Source: Kofleriaceae bacterium (GTDB taxonomy: Bacteria > Myxococcota_A > Polyangia > Haliangiales > Haliangiaceae). From it: a stretch of 47,364 nucleotides of DNA. This document shows, in pieces, positions 1 through 8,805 of the stretch (the first letter of the stretch is position 1; each line of letters starts with the position of its first letter). The notes under the pieces are model-generated. The model was not told the DNA's origin and did no database searches. It worked only from the letters and a program-made list of their open reading frames with translations. The stretch lies in contig JBKJLC010000098.1 of the NCBI GenBank assembly GCA_046597055.1, positions 1 to 47,364 on the forward strand. Direction: 5' to 3'. The translations under genes and the position numbers were made by a program.

Positions 1-253
1 GATCACGTGCGGCACCTTGGCGCTCTGCCCTTCGACACGGCGCCTGCGGCGCCGGCTCAGGGCCACCGGGAAAGGTGAGCGCTTCCGATCACATGAAGAC
101 TTGGGATCGATCCCGAGGCCTGCCCTGCGACTTCGCGCTGCGCTCAGGCACACCGGGAAAAGGGAGCGCTTTCGATCACATGGCGAGATGTGGTCAATCG
201 CGAGCGGCACCCTTCGACGCCGCCCGTCGCTGCGCGCTGGGCTGCGCGCAGGG
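1..253. repeat. Degenerate ~86-87 bp tandem repeat (REP/BIME-like), about 3 units, probably continuing beyond the window edge
   Basis: GATCAC(A/G)TG recurs at 1, 87 and 174. CCCT(T/G)CGAC recurs at 28, 123 and 210. CACCGGGAAA-GAGCGCTT-CGATCACATG recurs at 64-95 and 151-182. Confidence 0.7.
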
Positions 254-436
254 CGGACGGGATGGGCTCCGGGCGAACCGGTGTTCGGGTCCAGTACCGA
301 GAACGGTCCGAGGCGAGTCCGGCATGCGGGCGGGGGTGTCCGTGGTTGCGGGCAGGGTGCCGCGGGCAACCAACGCTCGCGACATCGGCGGCGACGGCGA
401 GCCCGTCGCCGCTCGAGCTGTTGTACGCTGGGCGTG

Positions 437-844
437 ATGCAGCGAGCGGTTCGGTCGGCTGCCGCGATCGCGATCGTGGCCCTCGCCAGCTGCGATCAGG
501 CCGGCGACCGCACGAGCGACTGGGGCTACGTGCACACGGCCATCCTGCGGCCGAGCTGCGCGACCTCGGGTTGCCACGCGGCGCTGTCGGCCCTCGGTGG
601 GGTCGATCTCTCGACGCCCGACCGCGCGTACACGCAGCTCACGGGTCGCAGCTGCGGCGAGCCGCCGACGTCTGACCAGCCCACGAGCGACTTCGTCCGG
701 CCCGGGCATCCCGAGACCTCGCAGCTCGTGTACATGCTGCGCGGCGACGGCACCGACCTGGTCATGCCGCCCGACCTGCCGCTGCCCGAGGTCGAGATCG
801 CGATCGTCGAGCGCTGGATCCTCGAGGGCGCGACATGCGAGTGA
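437..844 (+). CDS. Small lipoprotein, putative c-type cytochrome (CX4CH, planctomycete cytochrome c-like)
   Basis: Lipobox ALASC; RPSCATSGCH; VRPGHPETS..MPP..LP..EIAIVERWILEGA pattern; overlaps the next gene. TACGCT -10 box at 424-429. Confidence 0.7.
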   Translation: MQRAVRSAAAIAIVALASCDQAGDRTSDWGYVHTAILRPSCATSGCHAALSALGGVDLSTPDRAYTQLTGRSCGEPPTSDQPTSDFVRPGHPETSQLVYMLRGDGTDLVMPPDLPLPEVEIAIVERWILEGATCE

Positions 845-1971
845 CGATCTTCGGATCGATCCTCGCGCTGGCGCTGGTGCTCACCGGCGGCGACGCCATC
901 GCCTATCCGCAGTTCCAGCTCGCGGCCGGGGCCGAGCGCTGTCAGCTCTGCCACCTGTCGCCCGCCGGCGGTGGCCTGTTGAGCGACTACGGGCGCTCCG
1001 AGACCGGCGACACGATCAGTGGCCGCGGCGATGGCAGCCTGCTCCACGGGGCGTGGACGCCGCCCGACTGGCTCGCGCTCGGTGGCGATGCGCGCGGGGT
1101 CGTGCTCGTGAAGCAGCTCGACGGCGAGGCGGTCGACCTGCTGGCCTTCCCGATGCAGCTCGACCTGTACGCGCGCGCGGTCGGCGGGCCCGTCTCGCTG
1201 AACGTCACGGTCGGCCTGCGCGGCGCGGCCCGTGATCGGCCCGCGGCGTCGGCGGTGACCGACTGGCTCGCGTCTCGCGAGCACTACCTGATGTACCAGC
1301 GCGCCGATGACGGCCCGTACCTGCGCGCGGGCCGGTTCTTCCCCGTGTTCGGCCTCCGCACCCAGGATCACACCGCCTATCCGCGCCGCTATCTCGGTCA
1401 GCACACGCTCGAGGAGCCGTACGCGGTCGGGGCCGGCACCACCGGCACTGGCTGGGAGGCCCACACCTCGGCGTTCGTTCCCAATCCAGTGGCCAACACC
1501 GGCGCGGGGCCGCGCGCGACCGGCGCGACCGCCTACTACGAGCGGCGGCTGGCCGCCGACACCCGGGCGATCGCCGCGCAGGCCAAGGTCGCCGTGACCG
1601 GCGACGATCGCCGCTACACCGTCGGCGCGGTCGGCAAGTGGTGGCTGGAAGGGCCGGCGCTGATGGTGCTGTCGGAGCTCGATGCCCAGGTGCAGACCTT
1701 CGCCGGTGACGGCGCCGCCCGCTTGCAGCTGATCGGCTACCTCGGGGTCACCCGGATGATGCTGCCGGGCTGGATGATCGGCGGCGCCGTGCAGCGGTTC
1801 GCGCCGGACCTGATGCTGCGCGGCAGCACCCGCACCGCGGTCGAGCTCGATCTCCAGGCGTTCCCGTGGGCCCACGTCGAGGTGCACCTGCTGATGCGGG
1901 CCGAGGCCACCGGCGGCGACACCTTGACGCCCAACCTGCTGTCCCTGCTCCAGCTGCACTACTTCCTGTAG
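835..1971 (+). CDS. Cyc2-like fused monoheme cytochrome c / outer-membrane beta-barrel
   Basis: Signal peptide, then YPQFQLAAGAERCQLCHLSPAGGGLLSDYGR, then alternating beta-strand sequence ending LQLHYFL. Confidence 0.7.
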   Translation: MRVTIFGSILALALVLTGGDAIAYPQFQLAAGAERCQLCHLSPAGGGLLSDYGRSETGDTISGRGDGSLLHGAWTPPDWLALGGDARGVVLVKQLDGEAVDLLAFPMQLDLYARAVGGPVSLNVTVGLRGAARDRPAASAVTDWLASREHYLMYQRADDGPYLRAGRFFPVFGLRTQDHTAYPRRYLGQHTLEEPYAVGAGTTGTGWEAHTSAFVPNPVANTGAGPRATGATAYYERRLAADTRAIAAQAKVAVTGDDRRYTVGAVGKWWLEGPALMVLSELDAQVQTFAGDGAARLQLIGYLGVTRMMLPGWMIGGAVQRFAPDLMLRGSTRTAVELDLQAFPWAHVEVHLLMRAEATGGDTLTPNLLSLLQLHYFL

Positions 1972-1977
1972 CCACCC

Positions 1978-2697
1978 ATGCGCGCTCCTCGATCCCTTGT
2001 CCTCTTGATCGCCACCGGTTGCGCGGTGGACGCGGCGCCCGAGGACCCGAGCTGGCAGGTCGACGTCATGCCGGTCCTCGCTGCCAGCTGCGTGCGCTGC
2101 CACGGCTACCCGCAGGCCAACGGTGCGCCGACCGACTTCCGCCTCGACGCGTTCGGGACCACCACGCTCGCGGCCGGGATCGACGTCAGCGGTGCATCCA
2201 AGCAGCACCTCCTCGTCTCGCGCGTCACCGGTCCGGTGGTGCCGTTCGGCAAGCTTCCGATGCCGCCGCGCGGCCCGCTCGGCGAGCGCGAGTACGCCGT
2301 GCTCCGCAACTGGTCGGCGCTGGCGCGCTCGGAGACCAGCGCGACCCGCGGGCCGGGCCGGCCCGACAACCAGGCGCCGTCGGTGACGGTCACCGAGGTC
2401 GGGCGCGACGGCATGCTGATCAGGTTCAGCTACGAGGTCCGCGATGCCGATCGCGACCTGGTGGTCGGCAGCGTGCTCGGGCCGCGCCTCAACCGCGACG
2501 GTCAGCTCGGCGTGGGCGTAGTTGGCGACCTCACGTCGGGCCGGGGCACCTTTACCTGGGACACCACCGGCGTCGCGGCCGGCCGCCACCCGCTGACCGC
2601 CCAGCTCGACGACGGCGCCGACGTCGATGGCCCCGAGGGCGACGTGGACTTCGTCGAGGTGCCGGCGGTCACCGTCGAGCTCGCACCGCGGCCGTGA
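1978..2697 (+). CDS. Lipoprotein with monoheme cytochrome c domain and C-terminal Ig-like beta domain
   Basis: Lipobox IATGC; PSWQVDVMPVLAASCVRCH; distal MPP; NQAPSVTV...FTWDTTGV beta-sandwich. Confidence 0.75.
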   Translation: MRAPRSLVLLIATGCAVDAAPEDPSWQVDVMPVLAASCVRCHGYPQANGAPTDFRLDAFGTTTLAAGIDVSGASKQHLLVSRVTGPVVPFGKLPMPPRGPLGEREYAVLRNWSALARSETSATRGPGRPDNQAPSVTVTEVGRDGMLIRFSYEVRDADRDLVVGSVLGPRLNRDGQLGVGVVGDLTSGRGTFTWDTTGVAAGRHPLTAQLDDGADVDGPEGDVDFVEVPAVTVELAPRP

Positions 2698-2721
2698 GCG
2701 AGCGAAGCGAGGCGGCGCTGG

Positions 2722-2803
2722 TTCCGTCCCGATCGGGCGCGGCCTCCGGGCCGCGGCCGACCGATCGAAAGGGCGGGTGGGATTCGAGGGAATCACAGCC
2801 TCT
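2722..2803 (+). repeat. Dispersed intergenic repeat, copy A
   Basis: 2753-2803 matches the reverse complement of 26691-26741 at 48 of 51 positions, and similarity extends upstream. Confidence 0.85.
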
Positions 2804-2829
2804 GGGTCGAGCCGGCCGCCGGCTGGCGG

Positions 2830-4149
2830 TCACGCCCGCAGGATGCCGGGCAGCGGCGCGGTGCCGTCGTCGCCGAAGGTGGTCGCCGCGACGCCGAGGC
2901 CGTTCTGCATCGCGATGAACAGGTTCGCCAGCGGCGTCTCGCTCGGGTACCGGCGATGGGTCCCGGTCGACAGCCGGCCGCCGCCGCCACCGGCGATCAC
3001 GACCGGCAGGTTGATGTGGCGATGGGCGTCGCCGTCCTCGATCTCGCTCGAGAAGAACACCATCGAGTTGTCGAGCACCGAGACCCCGGGCGCGTCCTCG
3101 ATCGCGTCGAGTCGGTCGAGCAGGTAGGCGAGCTGCGCGACTTCCCAGGTGTCGATCGTGGTCAGCTTCGCGAGGTTGCTGGCGTTCATCATGTGATGCG
3201 ACAGCTGGTGGTGCCCCTCGGTCACCCCGACGTGGGGGTGGCTGTTGCCCGATCCGGCGTTGCCCAGCATGAACGTCACGACCCGGGTCAGATCGCACTG
3301 GAAGGCGATCACCATGAGGTCCGTCATCGCGCGGGCCCGCGCCGCGAAGCCCAGGTTGGCCTCCGGCCGATCGCCGGGCCGGCACACGTTGGTGGGGCCG
3401 CCGACCCGGGACTCGAGCTCGCGCACCGAGGTCAGGTACTCGTCGAGCTTGGCCTGGTCACCGCGGCCGAGCTTGCCGCGCAGCGAGCTCGCGTCGGCGA
3501 CCGCGTGGTCGAGCACGCTGGTGCGGTAGAGCTGGCGCCGGGCGATGTCCGCCGCCGAGGCATCGGGGTCGTAGCCGGCGAACAGGCGGTCGAACAGCGT
3601 GCGCGGGCTGGTCTGCTTGGGCAGCGGGGTATCCGCGTCCGCCCACGAGATGGTCCGGGCGTAGGCGCAGCTGTAGCCGGTGTCGCAGTCCCCGACGGTG
3701 GCGCCGTCGTCGGTGCCCAGCTCGAGAGATGGGAACGCGAGCCCCGCGCTCAGCACCGGCGCCAGCACCTGGTCGAGCGAGATGCCGTTGAGCACGTCGG
3801 ATCCGGCGGTCTTGCGGACGTGCTTGCAGGTGAGGAACGAGCCGGTGCCGGCCGCGTGATCGCCGCCGCCTTCGGAGCGGCCTGGGCGGTTGTCGAGGCC
3901 CGACAGGACCGACACCTTGGCCCGGTGCGGCACCAGCGGGGCCAGGATCGGCGTCGCCGCCCACGCCGCACCCTCGGCGCTCGGGGTCCAGTTGTTCATC
4001 ACGATGCCGCACGGGATGTAGTATCCGAGGAACCGCTTCGGGATCACCGGGTCGGCGCCGCGCGCGCGCCGGGGGCGGAACGACTCGAGGAACGGCAGCG
4101 CGATCGCCGCGCCGGCGCCCCCCAGAAACAGACGTCGGCTGAGCTTCAT
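2830..4149 (-). CDS. DUF1552 family protein with Tat signal
   Basis: MKLSRRLFLGGAGAAIALPFLES; KLDEYLTSVRELE; AFQCDLTRV; HHQLSHH; SVLDNSMVFFSSE...H...NLP. ATGA overlap with the upstream gene. Confidence 0.9.
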   Translation of the reverse strand: MKLSRRLFLGGAGAAIALPFLESFRPRRARGADPVIPKRFLGYYIPCGIVMNNWTPSAEGAAWAATPILAPLVPHRAKVSVLSGLDNRPGRSEGGGDHAAGTGSFLTCKHVRKTAGSDVLNGISLDQVLAPVLSAGLAFPSLELGTDDGATVGDCDTGYSCAYARTISWADADTPLPKQTSPRTLFDRLFAGYDPDASAADIARRQLYRTSVLDHAVADASSLRGKLGRGDQAKLDEYLTSVRELESRVGGPTNVCRPGDRPEANLGFAARARAMTDLMVIAFQCDLTRVVTFMLGNAGSGNSHPHVGVTEGHHQLSHHMMNASNLAKLTTIDTWEVAQLAYLLDRLDAIEDAPGVSVLDNSMVFFSSEIEDGDAHRHINLPVVIAGGGGGRLSTGTHRRYPSETPLANLFIAMQNGLGVAATTFGDDGTAPLPGILRA

Positions 4150-6128
4150 GGGGCACCTCGCCGCGACACGAACAGGTCGTCGGTCACGATGTCGACGATC
4201 AGATCGCCGAGGATGTAGCCGTTCGCGGCGAAGTCGGCGGTGAGCGCGTCGATGTGCTCGCTCGCCTCGATGCGGAACGGCGACCGGCCGAGATAGGTGT
4301 AGAGCTTCTCGACCAGGCAACGGTAGACCGCCGGCTCCTTGGCCAGCAGCTGGGTCATCTCGATGGCGCCGTCGAACGTGGTGGCGCCGGCGAACACGCC
4401 GGTCGCGTCGATGGGGAAGCCGCCGTCCTCGGTCCGATACCGGCCGATCGCGTCGAAGTGATCGAGGCCGAAGCCGAGCGGGTCCATCACGGTGTGGCAG
4501 CTCGCGCAGATCGGGTTGGCCTGGTGCTCCTCGAGTCGATCGCGGACCGACCCGGTGGTGGTCATGCCGTCGGGGAGCCCCTCGACGCCCGGCGGCGGTG
4601 GGCGCGGTGGCGAGCACAGCAGGTTGTCGAGCACCCACTTGCCGCGCAGCACCGGCGAGGTGCGCTTGGGGTGTGAGGTCACGCGCAGGAAGCTGCCCTG
4701 GGTCAAGAAGCCGCGCCGCTCGGTCCCGGCGAGCGAGATCCGGACCAGCTCGTCCGAGCCGACCGCGGGCAGGTCGTAGTGGGCGGCCAGCCGGTCGTTC
4801 ACGTACGTGAAGTCCGCGACCAGGAACTGATCCATCGGGATGTCTTCCTGGAGGAAGGCCTGGAAGTAGCGCCGGGTCTCGGCCCGCATCGCCGCCTCGA
4901 GCGCCTCGTCGTAGTCGGGGAACAGATCGTAGTCGGGGTCCTGGTCGCCGAGCGCGCGGGTGAACAGCCACTGGCCCGCGAAGTTGTCGGTGAGCGCGAG
5001 CGCCTTGGGATCGGCGAGCATGCGGCGGGCCTGCGCGGCGAGCTCGGCGGGATCGTGGAGCGTGCCGGCCTCGGCGGCCGCGAACAGCGCCGGGTCGGGC
5101 ATGCTGCTCCACAGGAAGTACGACAACCGGGTCGCCAGCTCCCAGCCCGTCAACGGGTGTGGCGTCTTCGAGTCGGGGTCGGGATCGACCTCGACGCGAT
5201 AGATGAAGTGCGGCGACATCAGCACCGCCTGCAGGGCGAGGCGCAGCCCGGCTTCGACGTCGTCGCCCTGGGTGCCGGCCAGGTCGACCAGCGCGAGCAG
5301 GCTGGCGAGCTCGGCGTCGGTCGCGGGCCGGCGCCAGGCTCGACCTGCGAAGCCGGCCAGGATGGACGACTGGCAGCCGCGGTCGGTCAGCTCGGCGCAC
5401 ACCAGGACGCGCTGCCGGCGGCTCTCGTCGACCGGCGCGGCGTCGAGCGGTCCCTGCACCGCGACGTGATCGACCCACAGGTTGCGGTCACTCATGGTCG
5501 CGTCGTCGTCGAAGTCGTTGGCGAAGCCGACGATCACCTGGGCGGTGCCGGCCGGCAGGGTGAAGGTGGCGCGGTACACGCCGGGCGCCGCCTGGACCGC
5601 CGGGACGTCGCGAAACTGCACCGGTTGACCCGAGACCTCGATCGACAGCCGCGCGGGCGCCGGGCCGGCCTGCTGGCCGTAGGCGCGCACCGCGAGCTCG
5701 TACCGCCCGGTGGTCGCGATCGGCACGGCGAGACTGGCCGTCGCATTGCTGAAGAACAGCCAGCCGGTGCCCGACGCGGTGCCGGTGGTGGTCGAGCCGG
5801 TCACCTCGAACATGCGCGTCGTCGAGGCGACGTTGGTCCGCAGCGCGTCGGCGATCAGCGTCGCGGCGGCGGCCTCGTACTGCTCGACCAGCAGCGGCGA
5901 CAGGCGCAGGACGTCGGCGACGTTGTCGAAGCCGTAGCCGCGATCGTCGGCCGGAAAGTCGTCGCCGGGGCGCAGCTCGGTCCCGAGCAGATCGCGGACC
6001 GTGTTGTTGTACTCGGCATTGTTGAGGCGGTGCAGGGTGACCCGTCCCGGATCCTGTTCACCGCCGCTCCCACCGCACGCGACCGCGTACACGAGGGCGG
6101 ACACGCTCAGCAGTCTCGTCGCGACCAT
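4146..6128 (-). CDS. DUF1587/DUF1595/DUF1592/DUF1588/DUF1585 lipoprotein with a CBM60-like insert
   Basis: Lipobox AVAC; HRLNNAEYNNTVRDLLG; LATRLSYFLWSSMPD; TSPVLRGKWV; CASCH; insert GFANDF...DRNLWVD. Confidence 0.9.
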   Translation of the reverse strand: MVATRLLSVSALVYAVACGGSGGEQDPGRVTLHRLNNAEYNNTVRDLLGTELRPGDDFPADDRGYGFDNVADVLRLSPLLVEQYEAAAATLIADALRTNVASTTRMFEVTGSTTTGTASGTGWLFFSNATASLAVPIATTGRYELAVRAYGQQAGPAPARLSIEVSGQPVQFRDVPAVQAAPGVYRATFTLPAGTAQVIVGFANDFDDDATMSDRNLWVDHVAVQGPLDAAPVDESRRQRVLVCAELTDRGCQSSILAGFAGRAWRRPATDAELASLLALVDLAGTQGDDVEAGLRLALQAVLMSPHFIYRVEVDPDPDSKTPHPLTGWELATRLSYFLWSSMPDPALFAAAEAGTLHDPAELAAQARRMLADPKALALTDNFAGQWLFTRALGDQDPDYDLFPDYDEALEAAMRAETRRYFQAFLQEDIPMDQFLVADFTYVNDRLAAHYDLPAVGSDELVRISLAGTERRGFLTQGSFLRVTSHPKRTSPVLRGKWVLDNLLCSPPRPPPPGVEGLPDGMTTTGSVRDRLEEHQANPICASCHTVMDPLGFGLDHFDAIGRYRTEDGGFPIDATGVFAGATTFDGAIEMTQLLAKEPAVYRCLVEKLYTYLGRSPFRIEASEHIDALTADFAANGYILGDLIVDIVTDDLFVSRRGAP

Positions 6129-6286
6129 GCCCGGAGCGTAGGCGTTCGGGCGCTGACAGCAGCGAGGTTCTTCCTGACAAGTCCGGCCTGACCGATTGCC
6201 GGTCGATTGTAGGTGCTCATACGACCGCCGGATCGAACGAAGGCTGTGTCGTTCTTCGTGCTGGTGACATCGAAGGTTCACGACCG

Positions 6287-6538
6287 ATGACGACCACGCC
6301 CAAGCCCCCACCATGGAAGCGGAAGCGCCCCACCCCGCGCGCCGCGCGCACCAAGCTGACCGAGGCGCAGCGAACCAAAGCGCGGGCCCGTGCGGCGGCC
6401 GCGGGCCGACGCTACCCGAACCTGGTCGACAACATGTGGGCGGCGCGGGCGCTGGCGGCGGGCCCGACCCCGGCGCCGGCGGGCCCGACCCCGGCGCCGG
6501 CCCCGACCCGGGCGCCCAGGCCGCGGCGGTCGCGGTGA
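6287..6538 (+). CDS. Small basic conserved hypothetical protein
   Basis: W-K-x...KLT..Q...ARARAAAAGRRYPNLVDNMWAAR matches a small uncharacterised family as I recall it; the tail is a Pro-Ala repeat. Confidence 0.6.
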   Translation: MTTTPKPPPWKRKRPTPRAARTKLTEAQRTKARARAAAAGRRYPNLVDNMWAARALAAGPTPAPAGPTPAPAPTRAPRPRRSR

Positions 6539-6584
6539 CCGCCGGTACCTGACGGCAGGGCCTGGACCAGCGTACCATCTATGT

Positions 6585-8786
6585 ATGGCGAGGTCAGTCA
6601 CGGGGGTGACGCTGATGGTCGCGCTCCTTACAACGCGCGCGGCGGCAGACCACGCCGGTTCGTCGCCGACGGAGGAGCTCGCCGACCTGAGCCTCGACGA
6701 GCTGCTGAACGTCGAGGTCTCGACCGCGTCGTACGTGCTGGCCGACGCCGACGAGCAGCCGGTCTCGATGACGACGATCACGCGTGAGGAGATCGAACAG
6801 AGCGGCGCGCGCACGGTGGCCGAGGTGCTCGGGCTGCTGGTGCCTGGCTACTTCCTGGTCGAGGATCAGGACGACGTCATCGCCGCGTTTCGCGGGTTCG
6901 CGCCCGACAACAACTCCAAGGTGCAACTCCTGATCGACGGCCGCAGCGTGAACACCGAGTGGTTCTGGGGACCGTCCGACGCGCTCCTCAACGGGATCGA
7001 TCTGGCCTGGATCGAACGGATCGAGGTGATCCGTGGCCCCGGCTCGGTCACCCTCGGCCAGGGCGCGCTGCTCGGGGTGATCAACGTGATCACCGCGCGG
7101 CCGATCGACCGGACCCACGCGCACGTCGCCGCGACCGTCGGCACCGGCCGGCTCGCAAGCGGCCGGCTCGCCGGTGGCTTCGTCGACGGCGACGTCCGCG
7201 CCACCTTCTACCTGTCGCGCACCGACTTCGCCGGTCAGCCGGTGCGCGACGAGGGTTGGGCGCGCAGCCAGGAGAATCCGATCGGCGTGTCGGTCCACGA
7301 CCGCGGTCATCACCTCAAGGCGGCCGACCAGCAGCTCGCGCTGGCGCAGGTGACCGTCGGCGCCCTGACCGTGCAGGCGCTGCAGGTCGAGCAGACCCGC
7401 GACAACTACAACTTCTATCGCGATCGCGAGGCGATCACGCAGCGGCTCCTGGCGCTCACCGCGTCGTGGCGCCACGCGCTGGGCCCGGACCTCGAGCTCG
7501 ACCTCCGGATCGGCTACGACCACGACGAGATCGGCCAGATGTCGCTCGAGGGCCTGGCGATGGCCGGCACCCGCGAGGACCGCGTGAACGGGCTCGCCGT
7601 CGTGACCGCGTCGGAGCTGCTCGCCGATGATCGGCTCGCGGTCGGCGTCGAGGTCGAGCACGTCGAGATGGGCTTGCCCGATCGCCACCACCAGAACTTG
7701 ATCGTCAACGAGCAGGACGAGCGCCCTGGCGCGACCAACACCTCCCACACCTACGTCGAGCGCGGGCGCACCAGCGGCGGCGCGCTGCTCGCCGAGTACG
7801 CGTATCGCACCGCGCGGCTGACCGCGCATGCCGGCCTGCGGCTCGACTTCCACCGGTACTGGGGCACCGCCTGGAGCCCGCGGGCCGGCGCGATCGTGCG
7901 GGCCAGCCCGACCGTGACCATGCGGACCGGGATCCAGACCGGTTTTCGCGGCGCACCCGGGGTGCACTACGCCGGCGGCTTCCGTCGCGACGGGCTGCTC
8001 GCCGAGCGAAACTTCGGCGCGATCGACGACAACCCCGCGTTGACCGCGCTCGGCTTCGCCAACCTGGCCGTGACCGAGCCGGAACGGATGACCTCGTTCG
8101 AGCTCGGCGCGCGCTACCGGCGCGGCGACCAGATCACGGTCGACGCGGTCGGCTTCCTGGCGCGGATGACCCGAGTGATCGACGTCGGCGTGATCTTCGT
8201 CGGCGACCAGCTCGACGCTGCGCCACCCGGCCAGCGCGTGATCGGCAGCGACCAGGTCGGTGACTGGGGCGGCTGGTTCTTCTTCAAGAACAACCCGGGC
8301 GCGATCACCAGCGGCGGCCTCGAGGTCGACGCCCGCTGGCACCGGGACTGGCTCACGCTACGCGCCAGCGTCGCCCTGGTCGCGATCCTCGACCTCGACC
8401 GCGCCGCCGACCAGGTCGGCAGCATGTACGTCACCGGCACCGAGGATGACCCGCACTTCCGGGCCTATCCCGAGCAGGTCGCGCGCCTCGGCGCGCGGGT
8501 GCGTCCGTGTGCGGCCTGCTGGGTGAACGCGACCGCGGTCGGGTTCGGCCGCTGGTACTCGCCGGCCGGCACCGGCGCTGCCGATGGCGAGCCCGGGGCC
8601 TGGCTGGACGTGGCGGCCGGGTACCGCTTGCCGCGCGGCTTCACCGTCGCCGCGACGGTGAAGAACGTGACCGGGTTCGGCGGGCTCTGGCCGATGAACA
8701 GCAACGCAGGCGATCCCAGCGTCTCGGCGGGCTCGCCGGCGCTCGAGGGGCGCGCCGGGTGGATGACGCTGACCTACCAACGTTGA
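6585..8786 (+). CDS. TonB-dependent outer membrane receptor
   Basis: LADLSLDELLNVEVSTAS; plug motif IERIEVIRGPGSVTLGQGALLGVINVIT; barrel C-terminus VKNVT...GR.GWMTLTYQR. Confidence 0.93.
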   Translation: MARSVTGVTLMVALLTTRAAADHAGSSPTEELADLSLDELLNVEVSTASYVLADADEQPVSMTTITREEIEQSGARTVAEVLGLLVPGYFLVEDQDDVIAAFRGFAPDNNSKVQLLIDGRSVNTEWFWGPSDALLNGIDLAWIERIEVIRGPGSVTLGQGALLGVINVITARPIDRTHAHVAATVGTGRLASGRLAGGFVDGDVRATFYLSRTDFAGQPVRDEGWARSQENPIGVSVHDRGHHLKAADQQLALAQVTVGALTVQALQVEQTRDNYNFYRDREAITQRLLALTASWRHALGPDLELDLRIGYDHDEIGQMSLEGLAMAGTREDRVNGLAVVTASELLADDRLAVGVEVEHVEMGLPDRHHQNLIVNEQDERPGATNTSHTYVERGRTSGGALLAEYAYRTARLTAHAGLRLDFHRYWGTAWSPRAGAIVRASPTVTMRTGIQTGFRGAPGVHYAGGFRRDGLLAERNFGAIDDNPALTALGFANLAVTEPERMTSFELGARYRRGDQITVDAVGFLARMTRVIDVGVIFVGDQLDAAPPGQRVIGSDQVGDWGGWFFFKNNPGAITSGGLEVDARWHRDWLTLRASVALVAILDLDRAADQVGSMYVTGTEDDPHFRAYPEQVARLGARVRPCAACWVNATAVGFGRWYSPAGTGAADGEPGAWLDVAAGYRLPRGFTVAATVKNVTGFGGLWPMNSNAGDPSVSAGSPALEGRAGWMTLTYQR

Positions 8787-8805
8787 CCACCGCGGCGCCG
8801 CCCGG

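Noticed and set aside
1..253. CRISPR array
   Set aside because: The repeats are degenerate and multi-block, the variable parts are short, and no cas genes are in the window.
2830..5478. 882-aa single ORF as one protein
   Set aside because: The real DUF1552 start is 4149 (Tat signal, ATGA overlap); the upstream part overlaps the DUF1592 gene out of frame.
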